From contig CAWEPK010000005.1 of NCBI GenBank assembly GCA_963810935.1, forward strand, positions 160,001 to 224,000: a stretch of DNA of 64,000 nt, written 5' to 3'. The position numbers were made by a program, and so were the translations under genes. How positions within the stretch are numbered: position 1 is the stretch's first letter; the number at the start of each line of letters is the position of its first letter. This DNA is from an uncultured delta proteobacterium. GTDB lineage: Bacteria; Desulfobacterota; Syntrophorhabdia; Syntrophorhabdales; WCHB1-27. Shown here one piece after another: positions 1 to 9,915 of this stretch. The notes under the pieces are model-generated. The model ran no database searches and was not told where the DNA came from. It saw only the letters and a list, made by a program, of their open reading frames with translations.

Positions 1-28
1 TTGAAATGCCGGCAGCCGCCCTATCTAA

Positions 29-322
29 TTAGTCCGTCTCTATGATGGGCGGCACCTTGAAGAAACCGTCTTCCCGCGCGGGCGCGTTAGAGACTGCGGC
101 TCCGGCCTCCAGGTTGTTATCGACGGTGTCCGACCTAAACACGTTCACCGCGGGTATCGCATGGGTCGTAGGGTCTATACCGGTCGTGTCCAGCGAGTTG
201 AGCTGGTCCATGTACGCGAGTATGCCGTCTATCTGTCCGGTGTACATCTCCACTTCGGCAGGCAGGAGCTCTAGCCTTGCCAGGTGCGCCACATATTCCA
301 CTACGTCTTTCGTGATCTTCAT
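29..322 (-). CDS. gatC: Asp-tRNA(Asn)/Glu-tRNA(Gln) amidotransferase subunit C
   Basis: MKITKDVVEYVAHLARLEL...NAPAREDGFFKVPPIIE is typical GatC; GAGGTG RBS upstream of the ATG at 322. Confidence 0.95.
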   Translation of the reverse strand: MKITKDVVEYVAHLARLELLPAEVEMYTGQIDGILAYMDQLNSLDTTGIDPTTHAIPAVNVFRSDTVDNNLEAGAAVSNAPAREDGFFKVPPIIETD

Positions 323-329
323 TTGCACC

Positions 330-704
330 TCATTCGCATGCTGCGACCGCCTTTATCAGATCGCCCCTCGTGACTATGCCGACGAGCTTGTCGCTATCTA
401 CGACCGGCACCCGGTTTATGCCCTTGTCTATCATGATTTTCGCGACGCTGACGGCGGGCTCCGTCGAGGCCACCGTAACGATCTCCTTCGTCATAACGTC
501 CTCCACCGAAATGTCCTGGAGGGCGCCGCCGGATTTGAGTCCCCTCAGGATATCCGTCTGGGTCACTACCCCAACGATTATGCTCTTCTCGACGACCGGC
601 ATTCCGGCGATGTGGAACAGCTCCAGCTTGTTGACTATGACGGACAGCTTCTCCAAGGGATGACACGTCACTACGTTTTTGTTCATTACCTCGGCTACCT
701 TCAT
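330..704 (-). CDS. Stand-alone CBS-pair protein
   Basis: 124 aa with two CBS repeats (VAEVMNKNVVT...MPVVE...VGVVTQTDIL; VEDVMTKEIVT...VPVVD..LVGIVTRGDLI). Confidence 0.9.
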   Translation of the reverse strand: MKVAEVMNKNVVTCHPLEKLSVIVNKLELFHIAGMPVVEKSIIVGVVTQTDILRGLKSGGALQDISVEDVMTKEIVTVASTEPAVSVAKIMIDKGINRVPVVDSDKLVGIVTRGDLIKAVAACE

Positions 705-727
705 TCCCCCAACCCCCCTTTTTCCCT

Positions 728-1948
728 TTACAATGGCTCCCCGAACAACACCACTTCGTGCAGGTACTTCTGGAACGACTCCACCGCCTTCATGGCCTTG
801 CGGAGTTTCCCCGACTCCTCGGCCGCGAGACGCGCGGGGTCTACATAGTTCTGGCCGTCCTGGCCTTCCGTGCCGATCTGGCCCATAATGCGAAAGCGGG
901 CAAACAACAGGTACGCCTCGATCAAATCGGAGGCCGTATCCTTTTTGACTGCGTTCATCTCCCTGAGCCTTTTGATTCTCTTCAGCGTGTTCGTCTCATA
1001 GAGCCCTTCAGCGAGCGCCAGGGCGCGGACGGACGTAATCAGGGGCGACCATCCGAGGAGCTTGACGTTGAACGTCCCTTTGCGGTCCCCGTCCGCCTCC
1101 AGCCTGAACCTGCCGAAGAAGCCCAGGGCCGTGGGCATGGCTACGGCCGTTTCCGTGATCTGCTTCATTATATGCCTGTTCTCCCGGAGCAGGAGGAAGA
1201 ACCGGTCGAGGACTGCGTCGAAAAGCCGCCTGTCGCCGTACATCACGCGCGCGTCCGTTATGACGATAAGGTCGAGAAGCTCCGGCGTCTCTCCGCCCTG
1301 GAGGGTCCTTTCGATCCTGTCCGTCCAATCCCTTACGGAGCCGCGCCATTTTTGGTTGGACGGCATGATCCCGCCCTTGCACTTCTCGAACCCTACCTCG
1401 GCCAGCCTCTCCATCGCGCGGCCGCTGAATTCACCGTAATAGCGCTCCGCTTCTGCCGGCCGGTCCGTTTCGCCGTCCGGGGCCGCGTAGACCAGCATAT
1501 TGTCCTGGTCCGTCAGGAAGGTCTGCTCGTCCCGCCCCTCGCTGCCGAGACCGATCCAACAATAACCGGAAGGAGGCCGGCCGAAGCCTGCGGACTCCAT
1601 CTCCTGCTCGACCAGGGTGAGCACGCGGCTCGTAAGACGGTCCCTCACGATGCGGAAAAGGTCGTGCACGTCCGGGACGGTCTGCTCCTCGCCGAAGTAA
1701 ATCTTCATACCTTCGACGGAAGTGGTGTGATATTTCCTGAGGAGCTCGAAGTCCTTCGCGGAATCGATGCTTTCGAGCACCCTGTTAAGCTCCGATTCGA
1801 AGCGCTCCGCGTCGCGCAGCGCCTCCCAGAGCGTCTGCCTCAAGCTGACCAGGATATCATAGCGGTCGTGGCGCAGCAGCGTCCGGTCGTGCATGGCCGC
1901 GCCGTATTCGGCAACGAACCTGTCCACGATGGAAAAATTAAGCGCCAT
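728..1948 (-). CDS. DUF294/DUF294_C putative nucleotidyltransferase
   Basis: GLGSEGRDEQTFLTDQDN nucleotidyltransferase motif, CKGGIMPSNQKWRGS, C-terminal NVKLLGWSPL...NTLKRI helical domain. Confidence 0.85.
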   Translation of the reverse strand: MALNFSIVDRFVAEYGAAMHDRTLLRHDRYDILVSLRQTLWEALRDAERFESELNRVLESIDSAKDFELLRKYHTTSVEGMKIYFGEEQTVPDVHDLFRIVRDRLTSRVLTLVEQEMESAGFGRPPSGYCWIGLGSEGRDEQTFLTDQDNMLVYAAPDGETDRPAEAERYYGEFSGRAMERLAEVGFEKCKGGIMPSNQKWRGSVRDWTDRIERTLQGGETPELLDLIVITDARVMYGDRRLFDAVLDRFFLLLRENRHIMKQITETAVAMPTALGFFGRFRLEADGDRKGTFNVKLLGWSPLITSVRALALAEGLYETNTLKRIKRLREMNAVKKDTASDLIEAYLLFARFRIMGQIGTEGQDGQNYVDPARLAAEESGKLRKAMKAVESFQKYLHEVVLFGEPL

Positions 1949-4590
1949 CAGCCCCTCAGGAGCCCCTCCAGCATCGTCTTGCTCGCAACGAGCTTTTCCC
2001 TCTTGCGGCGCAGCTCCTCGAAATTGGCCTCTTCTTTCTTGAGGACTTCCTCGGGCGCCTTCTCCCTGAATGCCCTGTTGTTTATCTTGTTGAAAACGCG
2101 GTCTATCTCCACCGCGACCTTCGCCAGCTCCTTTTCGGTCCTGGCCTTTTCCCGGTCTATGACGCCCGGGTCCGTGATCGGGACAAAGACTTCGATGTCT
2201 TTGAATATGCCGAGGGCTGCCCGTTTCGGGGCCTCGCCCGTCACATACCCGATCTCGGAGACGCGGGCAAGGTCCCTGATATAGTACCCGTAAGTCTCCA
2301 GAAGCGGCCTGTAGCTGTCCGTACGTATCTGTACCTGCACCTTTTCGCTGGGCGCAAACCCCATCTCTCCCCTTACGTTCCTGATCGCGTCTATGACGCC
2401 CATGACCAGGCCCATCTGCCCTTCAGCCTCTTCGTCGATCCGGTTGTTATCGACCTCGGGGAAAGGCGCGATCATGATGCTGTCGGCGTCTTTCGCGGGC
2501 AGCCTCTGGTAGATCTCCTCCGTCATGAACGGCATAAACGGATGGAGCAGCTTGAGCGCGTCGGTGAGGGTCGCAAGCAGACAAGAGGCCGTAGGCGCCA
2601 GGTCGAATGCCGTCACCTTTCCATAGAAGTTGGGTTTGACCGCCTCCAGGTACCAGTCGCACAGCTCATGCCAGATAAAACCGTAAAGGCTGTGGGCCGC
2701 GTCGCTGAACCTATACGTCTCGATCGCCTCACGCACTTCCCGGGTCACTTTTTGCAGGCGTGACCTGATCCACCTGTCCGGCAGGAAGCCGGAAGGGCCG
2801 GCCGGCGCCACAGACGGGACCGGCGCGTTTTCCATCAGGGACATCGTCAGCCGGGCGGCGTTCCATACCTTGTTGACGAAGTTCCTGTTGCCCTCGATGC
2901 GCTCCTCCGACAGGAGGACGTCCCTGCCCTGGGCAGCCAGCATGGCGAAGGTGAACCTGAAGGAGTCGGTCCCGTAGCTGTCGATTATCACGAGGGGGTC
3001 GATGACGTTCCCCTTCGACTTGCTCATCTTCTTGCCTTCCGCGTCCCTTACGAGGGCGTGTATGTAGACGTCCCGGAAGGGTACGTCTCCCATGAAGTGC
3101 ATGCCCATCATGATCATACGGGCGACCCAGAAAAAGAGGATGTCGAAGCCTGTTACGAGAAGAGACGTGGGGTAAAAAGTCTTGAGGTCGTCGGTTGCGT
3201 CCGGCCAGCCCAAGGTGGACAAGGGCCAGAGGCCCGAGGAAAACCAGGTGTCGAGCACGTCCGACTCCTGCCTGACGGGCCCTGCGCACTTGGGACATGA
3301 CGTGATGTCCTCGCGGGAGGCATATACGCCGTCGCAGCTATCGCAATACCAGACGGGGATGCGGTGCCCCCACCATATCTGCCTGGATATGCACCAGTCC
3401 TTGATGTTCTCCATCCACTCGAAATAGACCTTTTCCCACATCTCGGGGATGATCGCCACGCGCCGGTCGCGCACTGCGGCTATTGCGGGCTCTGCGAGCG
3501 GTTTCATGCGGACGAACCACTGGAGCGAGACTATCGGCTCGACTATAGTCTTGCACCTGTAGCACCTTCCGATAATAAGCGCGTAGTCTTCGATCTTTTC
3601 CAGCAGGCCCGCAGCACGCAGGTCCTCTACGATGCGCTCCCTGGCGGCAAAGCGGTCCATACCCTTGTAGCTGCCCGCCTGCTCGTTCATACTGCCGCCG
3701 TCGTCGATGACCTTGATCACCTGGAGGTTGTGCTTCTTGCCGATCTCGAAGTCGTTGAAGTCGTGGCCGGGCGTTATCTTGAGCGCGCCAGTCCCGAAAG
3801 CCACGTCGACGTAGGGGTCGCCTATAAGGGGTATCTTCCGCTCCGTAAGGGGCAGGACCAGCTCCTTGCCGATGAGCCGCGCATACCTCTCGTCTTCCGG
3901 GTTGACCGCAACGGCGGTGTCCCCGAGCATCGTTTCGGGCCTCGTCGTCGCTACGGTGACCGACCCGGAGCCGTCCGCGAAAGGGTATTTGATGTAATAG
4001 AGGTGCCCTTTCGTCTCTTCATGCTCGACTTCTACGTCCGAAAGGGCCGTCTTGCACCGGGGGCACCAGTTGATGATATAGTCTCCCCGGTATATCAGGC
4101 CCTCCTCGAAGAGCCTCACGAAGACCTCGCGCACGGCGCGGCTGAGGCCTGAGTCCATGGTGAACCGCTCGCGGGTCCAGTCGCAGGACGCGCCGAGCCG
4201 CTTCAACTGCTCGATAATGCCGCCCCCCGATTTTTCTTTCCACTCCCATACCCTATTTATGAAGGCCTCTCTACCCAATTGGTCCGCGCTCAGGCCCTCT
4301 TTGGCCAGCTCCCTTTCGACGACGTTCTGCGTGGCTATGCCCGCGTGGTCCGTTCCAGGCACCCAGAGGGCGTTAAAGCCTGCCATCCTCTTATAGCGGG
4401 TCATGATGTCCTGAAGCGTATTATTCAGGGCATGGCCCATATGGAGCACGCCCGTAACGTTGGGCGGGGGGATCACCATCGAAAAAGGGGGTTTTTTTGA
4501 AACGGCCTGGGCGGTGAAGTAGCCCTTCTCCATCCAGAAGGAATACCACTTCCGCTCGACCTGCTTTGGATCGTATACCTTATCTATCAC
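1948..4590 (-). CDS. valS: Valine--tRNA ligase
   Basis: PPPNVTGVLHMGH (HIGH), KMSKS, DWCISRQIWWGH, C-terminal coiled coil; 880 aa. Confidence 0.98.
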   Translation of the reverse strand: MIDKVYDPKQVERKWYSFWMEKGYFTAQAVSKKPPFSMVIPPPNVTGVLHMGHALNNTLQDIMTRYKRMAGFNALWVPGTDHAGIATQNVVERELAKEGLSADQLGREAFINRVWEWKEKSGGGIIEQLKRLGASCDWTRERFTMDSGLSRAVREVFVRLFEEGLIYRGDYIINWCPRCKTALSDVEVEHEETKGHLYYIKYPFADGSGSVTVATTRPETMLGDTAVAVNPEDERYARLIGKELVLPLTERKIPLIGDPYVDVAFGTGALKITPGHDFNDFEIGKKHNLQVIKVIDDGGSMNEQAGSYKGMDRFAARERIVEDLRAAGLLEKIEDYALIIGRCYRCKTIVEPIVSLQWFVRMKPLAEPAIAAVRDRRVAIIPEMWEKVYFEWMENIKDWCISRQIWWGHRIPVWYCDSCDGVYASREDITSCPKCAGPVRQESDVLDTWFSSGLWPLSTLGWPDATDDLKTFYPTSLLVTGFDILFFWVARMIMMGMHFMGDVPFRDVYIHALVRDAEGKKMSKSKGNVIDPLVIIDSYGTDSFRFTFAMLAAQGRDVLLSEERIEGNRNFVNKVWNAARLTMSLMENAPVPSVAPAGPSGFLPDRWIRSRLQKVTREVREAIETYRFSDAAHSLYGFIWHELCDWYLEAVKPNFYGKVTAFDLAPTASCLLATLTDALKLLHPFMPFMTEEIYQRLPAKDADSIMIAPFPEVDNNRIDEEAEGQMGLVMGVIDAIRNVRGEMGFAPSEKVQVQIRTDSYRPLLETYGYYIRDLARVSEIGYVTGEAPKRAALGIFKDIEVFVPITDPGVIDREKARTEKELAKVAVEIDRVFNKINNRAFREKAPEEVLKKEEANFEELRRKREKLVASKTMLEGLLRG

Positions 4591-5490
4591 TCGCCGGGCT
4601 CCTTCAGCAGTTTATCTATTTCGTCCCTGACCACCTTCTCCGTGGTCTCAAGCAATATCTGCCTCACATATTCTTCTACGTACCGGGCCAGGACGGGCGC
4701 AAGCCGGGCAGACATCTTTTTCGCAGCCTCGGCAACAGCCTGTTCGAGGGCCTCCGTAAATTGCCTTTCAAGCTCGGGCCGGGAAGGCAAACCAGCATCA
4801 TTCGGCGCGCCCGGCGCCTCCTTGGAGGGAACGCCGCACGTTGTCCATCGCGTCCCGCAGTTGCTTCCCTATCGCCTGGCGGAGCGTCGGAGCTTCCCCC
4901 GCGTCCGCCTGTTTTCCGTCTTTTCCGGCTGCCGTCCCCTCGTGTGCGCGAGCGGCAGCGGGCGGCTCCGCGACGGGCCGGGCGGCAGGGGCTTCCGCGG
5001 CTGCGCGGGCGGCTGGCGGCTCGACAGGTACGCGGGGCACAGCGGGCTCCCTCGGCGCCTCTTCACGGGCGCGTTTCCTGCTCTCCCTTGCCTCACCGGG
5101 GGGCTTCTCTTCGATCAGGTCAGTCAGCTCGATCACCTCGTCGTCGCCCGTTACGGCCTCATAGAGCTTGAAGAAATTTATCGGCTTTTCCACTATGCCG
5201 TCCGCCTGATGTTCCGAAAGGTCCGTCTTGTCGCCCTCATCCTTGAGGAAAAAGAAACCGGCCGCATCGAGATAGCCCTCCTGCTGCAGCTTCTTATAGA
5301 CGTCGATGCCTCCCGTTTTGGGAAGGTTGACGTTGACGATGTAAAAGTCGGCGTTGATCCTGCCTGCTATGCGCTCGACCTCTTTGCCGTTCGACGCGTA
5401 GAAGATCTCGTACTGCTCTTTCGAGAAGACCGTCATGAACGCCTGCCGGATTTTCTCGTCCCTGTCCGCAACGACTATCGTTTTTCTCAT
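4587..5490 (-). CDS. Atypical receiver-domain protein with Ala/Pro linker and helical C-terminus (one frameshift near 4810-4840)
   Basis: N-terminal receiver fold (TIVVADRD...VNVNLPKTGGID...IVEKP). ORFs 4798..5490 and 4587..4790 join if one base is removed (span 904 = 3n+1). Confidence 0.7.
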
Positions 5491-5499
5491 CTGTTCCCC

Positions 5500-6537
5500 C
5501 TAAACGGGTATCTTCCAAGGCATGGGAAGAAATATCTTCTCGAAGAGGTTGAAGGCGTAACGGTCCGTCATACCCGCCACGAAATCGCAGACGCAGGTGG
5601 CCTGGTCTGCGTAGAATGACTTCGCGGAGGTCTCCTCCAGGAAGGCGTCCGGCTTTCCCAGGAAGTAGCGGTAAATGTCTTCGACGATCCGCGAGCACTT
5701 GTTGAATTCATCGTGGACTACGACGTTGTCGTAGACGTTCCTGTAAAGGAAATCGCGCAACAGGAGAATCGACTCCTCGATCTCCGGCTCTATGGCGATG
5801 GTCTTTTTCTTCAGGGTCTCGCCTATGACGGACCTGACCATGCGGTCGATCCTGGCCGAATGCGTGTCGCCCAGGGACTTCCTGCACGGACCCGGCAGGT
5901 CGTCCAGCTTGATTACTCCTCCCCTAATTGCATCGTCGATATCGTGGTTGATATAGGCTATGACGTCGGCCACCCGGACTACCTCGGCCTCACGCGTCAG
6001 GGGCTTGTCCGCGTCGCGGCATATAATGATCTCCCCCCTGCCTTTAGAATGCCTCAGTATGCCGTCCCTCACCTCGATAGTGAGGTTGAGGCCCTGGCCG
6101 TCCCTCTCCAGGAAATCGACTACCCTGACGCTTTGCTCGTTATGGCGGAAACCGCCCGGATGTATGCTGTTCAGGACTGCTTCCCCGGCGTGGCCGAAGG
6201 GCGTATGCCCCAGGTCGTGCCCGAGTGCGATCGCCTCCACCAGGTCCTCGTTCAAAAGGAGCGACTTGGCTATCGTCCGCGCGACCTGTGAGACCTCCAG
6301 CGTATGGGTCAGGCGCGTCCGGTAATGGTCGTCGGTGGGAAAAAGAAATACCTGCGTTTTATACTTCAGTCTTCGGAATGCCTTGCAGTGGACGATTTTA
6401 TCGCGGTCGTGCTGAAACGCCGGCCTTATGTCGCAGGGCGTCTCTTCCCGGAGCCGTCCCCTCGTGCACCGGCTCTTCTGTGCAGACGGTGAAAGATTCC
6501 TTTCCTCCCTTTCTTCTAATTCTTCCCTGATAGTCAT
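5500..6537 (-). CDS. dgt: Deoxyguanosinetriphosphate triphosphohydrolase-like HD protein
   Basis: FRRLKYKTQVF, RTRLTHTLEV, HDLGHTPFGHAGE, DFVAGMTDRYA. Confidence 0.93.
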   Translation of the reverse strand: MTIREELEEREERNLSPSAQKSRCTRGRLREETPCDIRPAFQHDRDKIVHCKAFRRLKYKTQVFLFPTDDHYRTRLTHTLEVSQVARTIAKSLLLNEDLVEAIALGHDLGHTPFGHAGEAVLNSIHPGGFRHNEQSVRVVDFLERDGQGLNLTIEVRDGILRHSKGRGEIIICRDADKPLTREAEVVRVADVIAYINHDIDDAIRGGVIKLDDLPGPCRKSLGDTHSARIDRMVRSVIGETLKKKTIAIEPEIEESILLLRDFLYRNVYDNVVVHDEFNKCSRIVEDIYRYFLGKPDAFLEETSAKSFYADQATCVCDFVAGMTDRYAFNLFEKIFLPMPWKIPV

Positions 6538-6563
6538 AATGGATAGGCGCGATAATACAGGCT

Positions 6564-6592
6564 AATCTATCACAAACAGACCGTTATTTCAA
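6564..6592 (-). promoter_or_regulatory. Putative sigma70 promoter of the dgt-valS-gatC run
   Basis: Minus strand TTGAAA-17 bp-TAGATT with a TG extension. Confidence 0.55.
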
Positions 6593-6604
6593 TATTAACA
6601 AGGG

Positions 6605-6739
6605 GGGTGGCTGCATATGAGGCGCAGATTTGGGTGAGCGCGAGCCCGAGGAACGGAGACGTACTCTTTTGTACGTCGGAGTCCCGCAGGGCGAAGCGCG
6701 ATCCCAAAGATGCGCCTCAGACGCCGCCTAGCCGCACCC
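6605..6739. repeat. Long imperfect intergenic palindrome (REP-like), copy 1
   Basis: Arms TGAGGCGCA/TGCGCCTCA, TTTGGG/CCCAAA, GCCC/GGGC; apex CGGAGACGTAC-TCTTTT-GTACGTCGGAG. Confidence 0.8.
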
Positions 6740-6741
6740 GC

Positions 6742-6770
6742 TTGAACGGCTTCCGGTTTGGTTATATACT
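6742..6770 (+). promoter_or_regulatory. Putative sigma70 promoter for a leaderless thioredoxin-like gene
   Basis: TTGAAC-17 bp-TATACT; ATG 7 nt downstream; no SD. Confidence 0.6.
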
Positions 6771-6777
6771 AAACCTT

Positions 6778-7218
6778 ATGAAGAAAACATGTGCAGTCCT
6801 GATCGCAGCTATCATTTTTTTGGCCTCCGCCGCATTCGCGCAGGACTACGAGGGCGCCCTCAAGGCGGCAAAAAGGGACAACAAGCCCGTCATGCTCTAT
6901 TTTTTCACAAATTCCTGCTATTACTGCCGGCTCATGGATAAGAACACGCTGGCGGACAAAGAGATCGACGCTACGCTCAAGAAGGATTTCGTTTACCTGC
7001 GAGTCGATCTGGATAAGTCCACCGACCTGCAAAAGCTTTATCAGATCACCGGCACACCCACCTCGTGGTTCCTCGAATCTTCGGGAAACCGCGTAGGCGC
7101 AATACCGGGGTACGTGGACGCAAAGACCTTCAGACGCATTCTCGAATACGTCAAGGGCAAGATTTACAACCAGATGGACCTACAGGCATACCTGAAGAAG
7201 GCACCGGCCGGGAAGTGA
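6778..7218 (+). CDS. Exported thioredoxin-fold protein (SoxW/DUF255-like)
   Basis: Signal peptide MKKTCAVLIAAIIFLASAAFA, CYYC motif, GTPT cis-Pro loop. Confidence 0.85.
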   Translation: MKKTCAVLIAAIIFLASAAFAQDYEGALKAAKRDNKPVMLYFFTNSCYYCRLMDKNTLADKEIDATLKKDFVYLRVDLDKSTDLQKLYQITGTPTSWFLESSGNRVGAIPGYVDAKTFRRILEYVKGKIYNQMDLQAYLKKAPAGK

Positions 7219-7278
7219 GCCCGCCCGGTCTGCGTCAGGGCTTTCCCCCGACCTGCGCCTTACGCGCTTTTTTGGGTA

Positions 7279-7770
7279 TCAGAAGACGCGCCTGAACTGG
7301 CTGAAGCTCCGCTTCCAGTAAGGGGCGTTCACGTTGTCTATGGCGACGCCCCTCGACTTGGAGGCGTGAACGAACTCTACATCGTTTATCATGATGCCCA
7401 CGTGGTAATCGCGCTTGATGCGGAAAACGACCAGGTCGGCCACTGCAACTCCGCTTCGCTCGATCTCGTAGCCCGTCCGGTTCAAGCCTTCGGTCGAGAC
7501 CGGCAGGACAACGTCGAACCGGCCGTACACGTGATGGACGAAACCGCTGCAATCAAAGGCGTCAGGGCCTTTGGCTGCATTCTTATACGGCTTGCCGAGC
7601 AGCGTAACCGCGTACCGGACGATGTCCTCCCGCGCCCTGGCTGCGGGGACCTCTTCGCGCGTATGGATTACTTTCGGGGAGCACCCGAAGCCTGCAAGAA
7701 GGGACAGGAGGACCACTGGAGTAACGAAAAACCCCATGTTCTTCGCAAACCCTCGCCGGCCGTCTCTCAC
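7279..7770 (-). CDS. NlpC/P60 family lipoprotein (C40 peptidase)
   Basis: GKPY...GPDAFDCSGFV, DLVVF, HVGI, FVHAS; lipobox-like LAGFGC. Confidence 0.9.
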   Translation of the reverse strand: MRDGRRGFAKNMGFFVTPVVLLSLLAGFGCSPKVIHTREEVPAARAREDIVRYAVTLLGKPYKNAAKGPDAFDCSGFVHHVYGRFDVVLPVSTEGLNRTGYEIERSGVAVADLVVFRIKRDYHVGIMINDVEFVHASKSRGVAIDNVNAPYWKRSFSQFRRVF

Positions 7771-8466
7771 GCGCGCGCTCGCAGTACCTCAAAAACCTCT
7801 TTGAAAGAACCGTTGTGAAGGGCGTGGTCGAGAAAGGGGAGGGCCCCAACGCTGGGGTGATATCCGACTGCCGTGCCCACCTCTTCGAACATCGACCTGT
7901 CGCCTTCGCTGTCCCCTACGGCTGCGGCCTCGGCCTTGCTTATGCCGAGACGGCTAAGGACACTCCGCACCCAGTAGCCCTTGTCCCGCGGACCTTGCCC
8001 TGCTCTGCCTGGGGCTATCCGGTCGCCTGTAGCCGACCGCCTCGTCGTGCGCCACCGTCAGGCTGATTTCGCCCGTAAGGACGCCGTCCTCCACGATCAG
8101 GTGGTTTGCCAGGGCCGCGTCCATATCAAGCTCGTTTTTTACCTTCTCGACGAGAAGGGAAAGCCCGGTAGACAAGACGACCGTGACGATGCCTTCAGCC
8201 TTCAGGGCCCGGAGGGTCTCCTGCACACCCTCGTGGTAAGGTATCTCGCCTACGATATCGAGCACGCGGCTCACCGGAAGGCCCTTCCAGAGCGCAGCAT
8301 CCCTCCTGCAGAACTCGTCGTAATCGATCCGGCCCAGCCGGAACAGGCGCTGGAACTCATCCGCGTTCCCGTCCCACAGGTCGAGTCTCTCATGGAGATA
8401 CTGCCAACTGCTTTTTACTGTAGTAAGCGTGCCGTCGCAGTCGAAAAAAACGATCTTCACGGCCAT
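7767..8466 (-). CDS. HAD-IB phosphatase (SerB-like), one frameshift near 8011
   Basis: FDCDGTLT motif I, LSTG motif II; removing one base gives DKGYWV...AVGDSEGDRSMF (motifs III/IV); span 700 = 3n+1. Confidence 0.85.
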
Positions 8467-8531
8467 GCTCTTCTTATAGCATTTCGCCTAGAAAAAATCT
8501 ATGTTTTGAGGGAAAGGGTTTATAATAGCAT

Positions 8532-9362
8532 ATGCCGGTTCTGGATGGCCATACGCACTTATTCCCACCGGAAGTGATCGGGGACCGGGACCGGATCGCC
8601 GCGCGCGAACCCGGCTTTGCGGGCATTTATGGCGACAGGCAGGCCCGCATGGTGGACGCCGGCGGCCTTTCGGCCTACATGGAGGCGGAAGGCATCGACA
8701 GGGTGATCGCCGCCTGCTTCCCCTTCAGCGACCCCGGCCTTATCCGCCTCGTAAACGACTACGTATTAGAAGCCGCGAAGGCGGACGCGCGGATCGTGCC
8801 CTTCATAGCAGCGGACAGGAGCAACGAGGCAGCAGCGGTGGCCGAGGCCCGGCGCTGCGCAGCCAAAGGCGCCAAGGGCGTGGGGGAGATGGCGTGGTAC
8901 GAGCGCCCCTTCGGCGAAGCAGAGCGGAAATGCATGGAGGGTCTCGTTGGATACCTGGAAGAGGCGGGCATGGTCTTCATGATGCACCTGAACGAGCAGG
9001 TCGGCCACGACTACCCGGGGAAAGGGCGGGCGGATTTCGGCGAGGTCGTCCGCCTCGTGCAGGGTCATCCCGGCCTTAACGTGCTTTTGGCCCACATGGG
9101 CGGTGGCATCTGCTTTTACGAGCTTATGCCCGAGATAAAGAGATCCTTTTCCCGCGTCTACTACGACCTCGCGGCAGTCCCCTTCCTTTACTCGGACGCC
9201 CTCTATCGCTACGCTGCGGCGTTCCTCGAAGACAAGGTTATTTTCGGGTCCGATTATCCCCTCCTCAAGCTCAGCCGCTACAGACCGGAAATAGACGCCC
9301 TCGGCAGCGGCGCGGCAGAGAAAATAGTGTGGGGCAACGGGGTGCGCCTCCTTGGAAACTGA
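8532..9362 (+). CDS. Amidohydrolase_2 family metal-dependent hydrolase
   Basis: DGHTH, GVGE, LAHMGGG, IFGSDYP. Confidence 0.9.
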   Translation: MPVLDGHTHLFPPEVIGDRDRIAAREPGFAGIYGDRQARMVDAGGLSAYMEAEGIDRVIAACFPFSDPGLIRLVNDYVLEAAKADARIVPFIAADRSNEAAAVAEARRCAAKGAKGVGEMAWYERPFGEAERKCMEGLVGYLEEAGMVFMMHLNEQVGHDYPGKGRADFGEVVRLVQGHPGLNVLLAHMGGGICFYELMPEIKRSFSRVYYDLAAVPFLYSDALYRYAAAFLEDKVIFGSDYPLLKLSRYRPEIDALGSGAAEKIVWGNGVRLLGN

Positions 9363-9915
9363 TTGGGACAAAAGGTACAGGGAAGGCTTTTACCAAGGCG
9401 CCGACAAGGCGCATGATTTCATCGGGAGGTTTTCCCGCCTGATACCTCCGGGAAAGCCGGTGATCGACATAGCGATGGGCAACGGCCGCGACCTTATCTC
9501 TCTTGCCGTGAAAGGGTTCCCCGCGTACGGGCTCGAAAGGTCCGACGAGGCGATCAAGCTCGCGATGCAGGCCGCGGAAAACAGGCGCGCACGCATTATC
9601 CCGATTAAGGGAGACGCCCATCACCTGCCCTTCAGGGCGGGGGTCGCGGGCTGCGTGCTCGTCTTCTATTTCCTGGTGCGTGAGATCATGGACGACCTTG
9701 TCAGGCTGCTTGCGCCGGGCGGCCTTCTCATTTACGAAACGTTCCTCAAGCGGCAGAACGTACTGTCCGGGCCGAGGGACCCGCGCTACCTCCTGGACGA
9801 CGGCGAGCTGATCGGCTATTTCGGCCGCCTCGACCTTCTCTCCTATGAAGAGCTGGTCATTGACGCAGAAGGAAGGCAGCGGGCCGTCGCGCGCTACGCG
9901 GGGAGAAAGAGATGA
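9352..9915 (+). CDS. Class I SAM-dependent methyltransferase (TehB-like)
   Basis: WDKRY, VIDIAMGNGRD, LAPGGLLIYETF, YLLDDGEL. Confidence 0.8.
   Translation: METDWDKRYREGFYQGADKAHDFIGRFSRLIPPGKPVIDIAMGNGRDLISLAVKGFPAYGLERSDEAIKLAMQAAENRRARIIPIKGDAHHLPFRAGVAGCVLVFYFLVREIMDDLVRLLAPGGLLIYETFLKRQNVLSGPRDPRYLLDDGELIGYFGRLDLLSYEELVIDAEGRQRAVARYAGRKR

Noticed and set aside
758..2284. 508-aa + strand ORF and many other long antisense ORFs (e.g. 14854..15792, 17285..18181, 41077..42087, 51716..52783)
   Set aside because: They lie opposite well-supported genes and have no recognisable motifs; shadow ORFs are expected at high GC3
4920..5070. Repeated EPPAAR/AEPPAAAR segments in the receiver protein
   Set aside because: Ordinary low-complexity Ala/Pro linker
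6605..6739. Palindromes as CRISPR repeats, tRNA or attC sites
   Set aside because: No regularly spaced repeat-spacer array, no cloverleaf or T-loop, no integrase or cassette array
6607..6777. N-terminal extension of the thioredoxin ORF (start 6607)
   Set aside because: It runs through the palindrome; the signal peptide and promoter place the start at 6778
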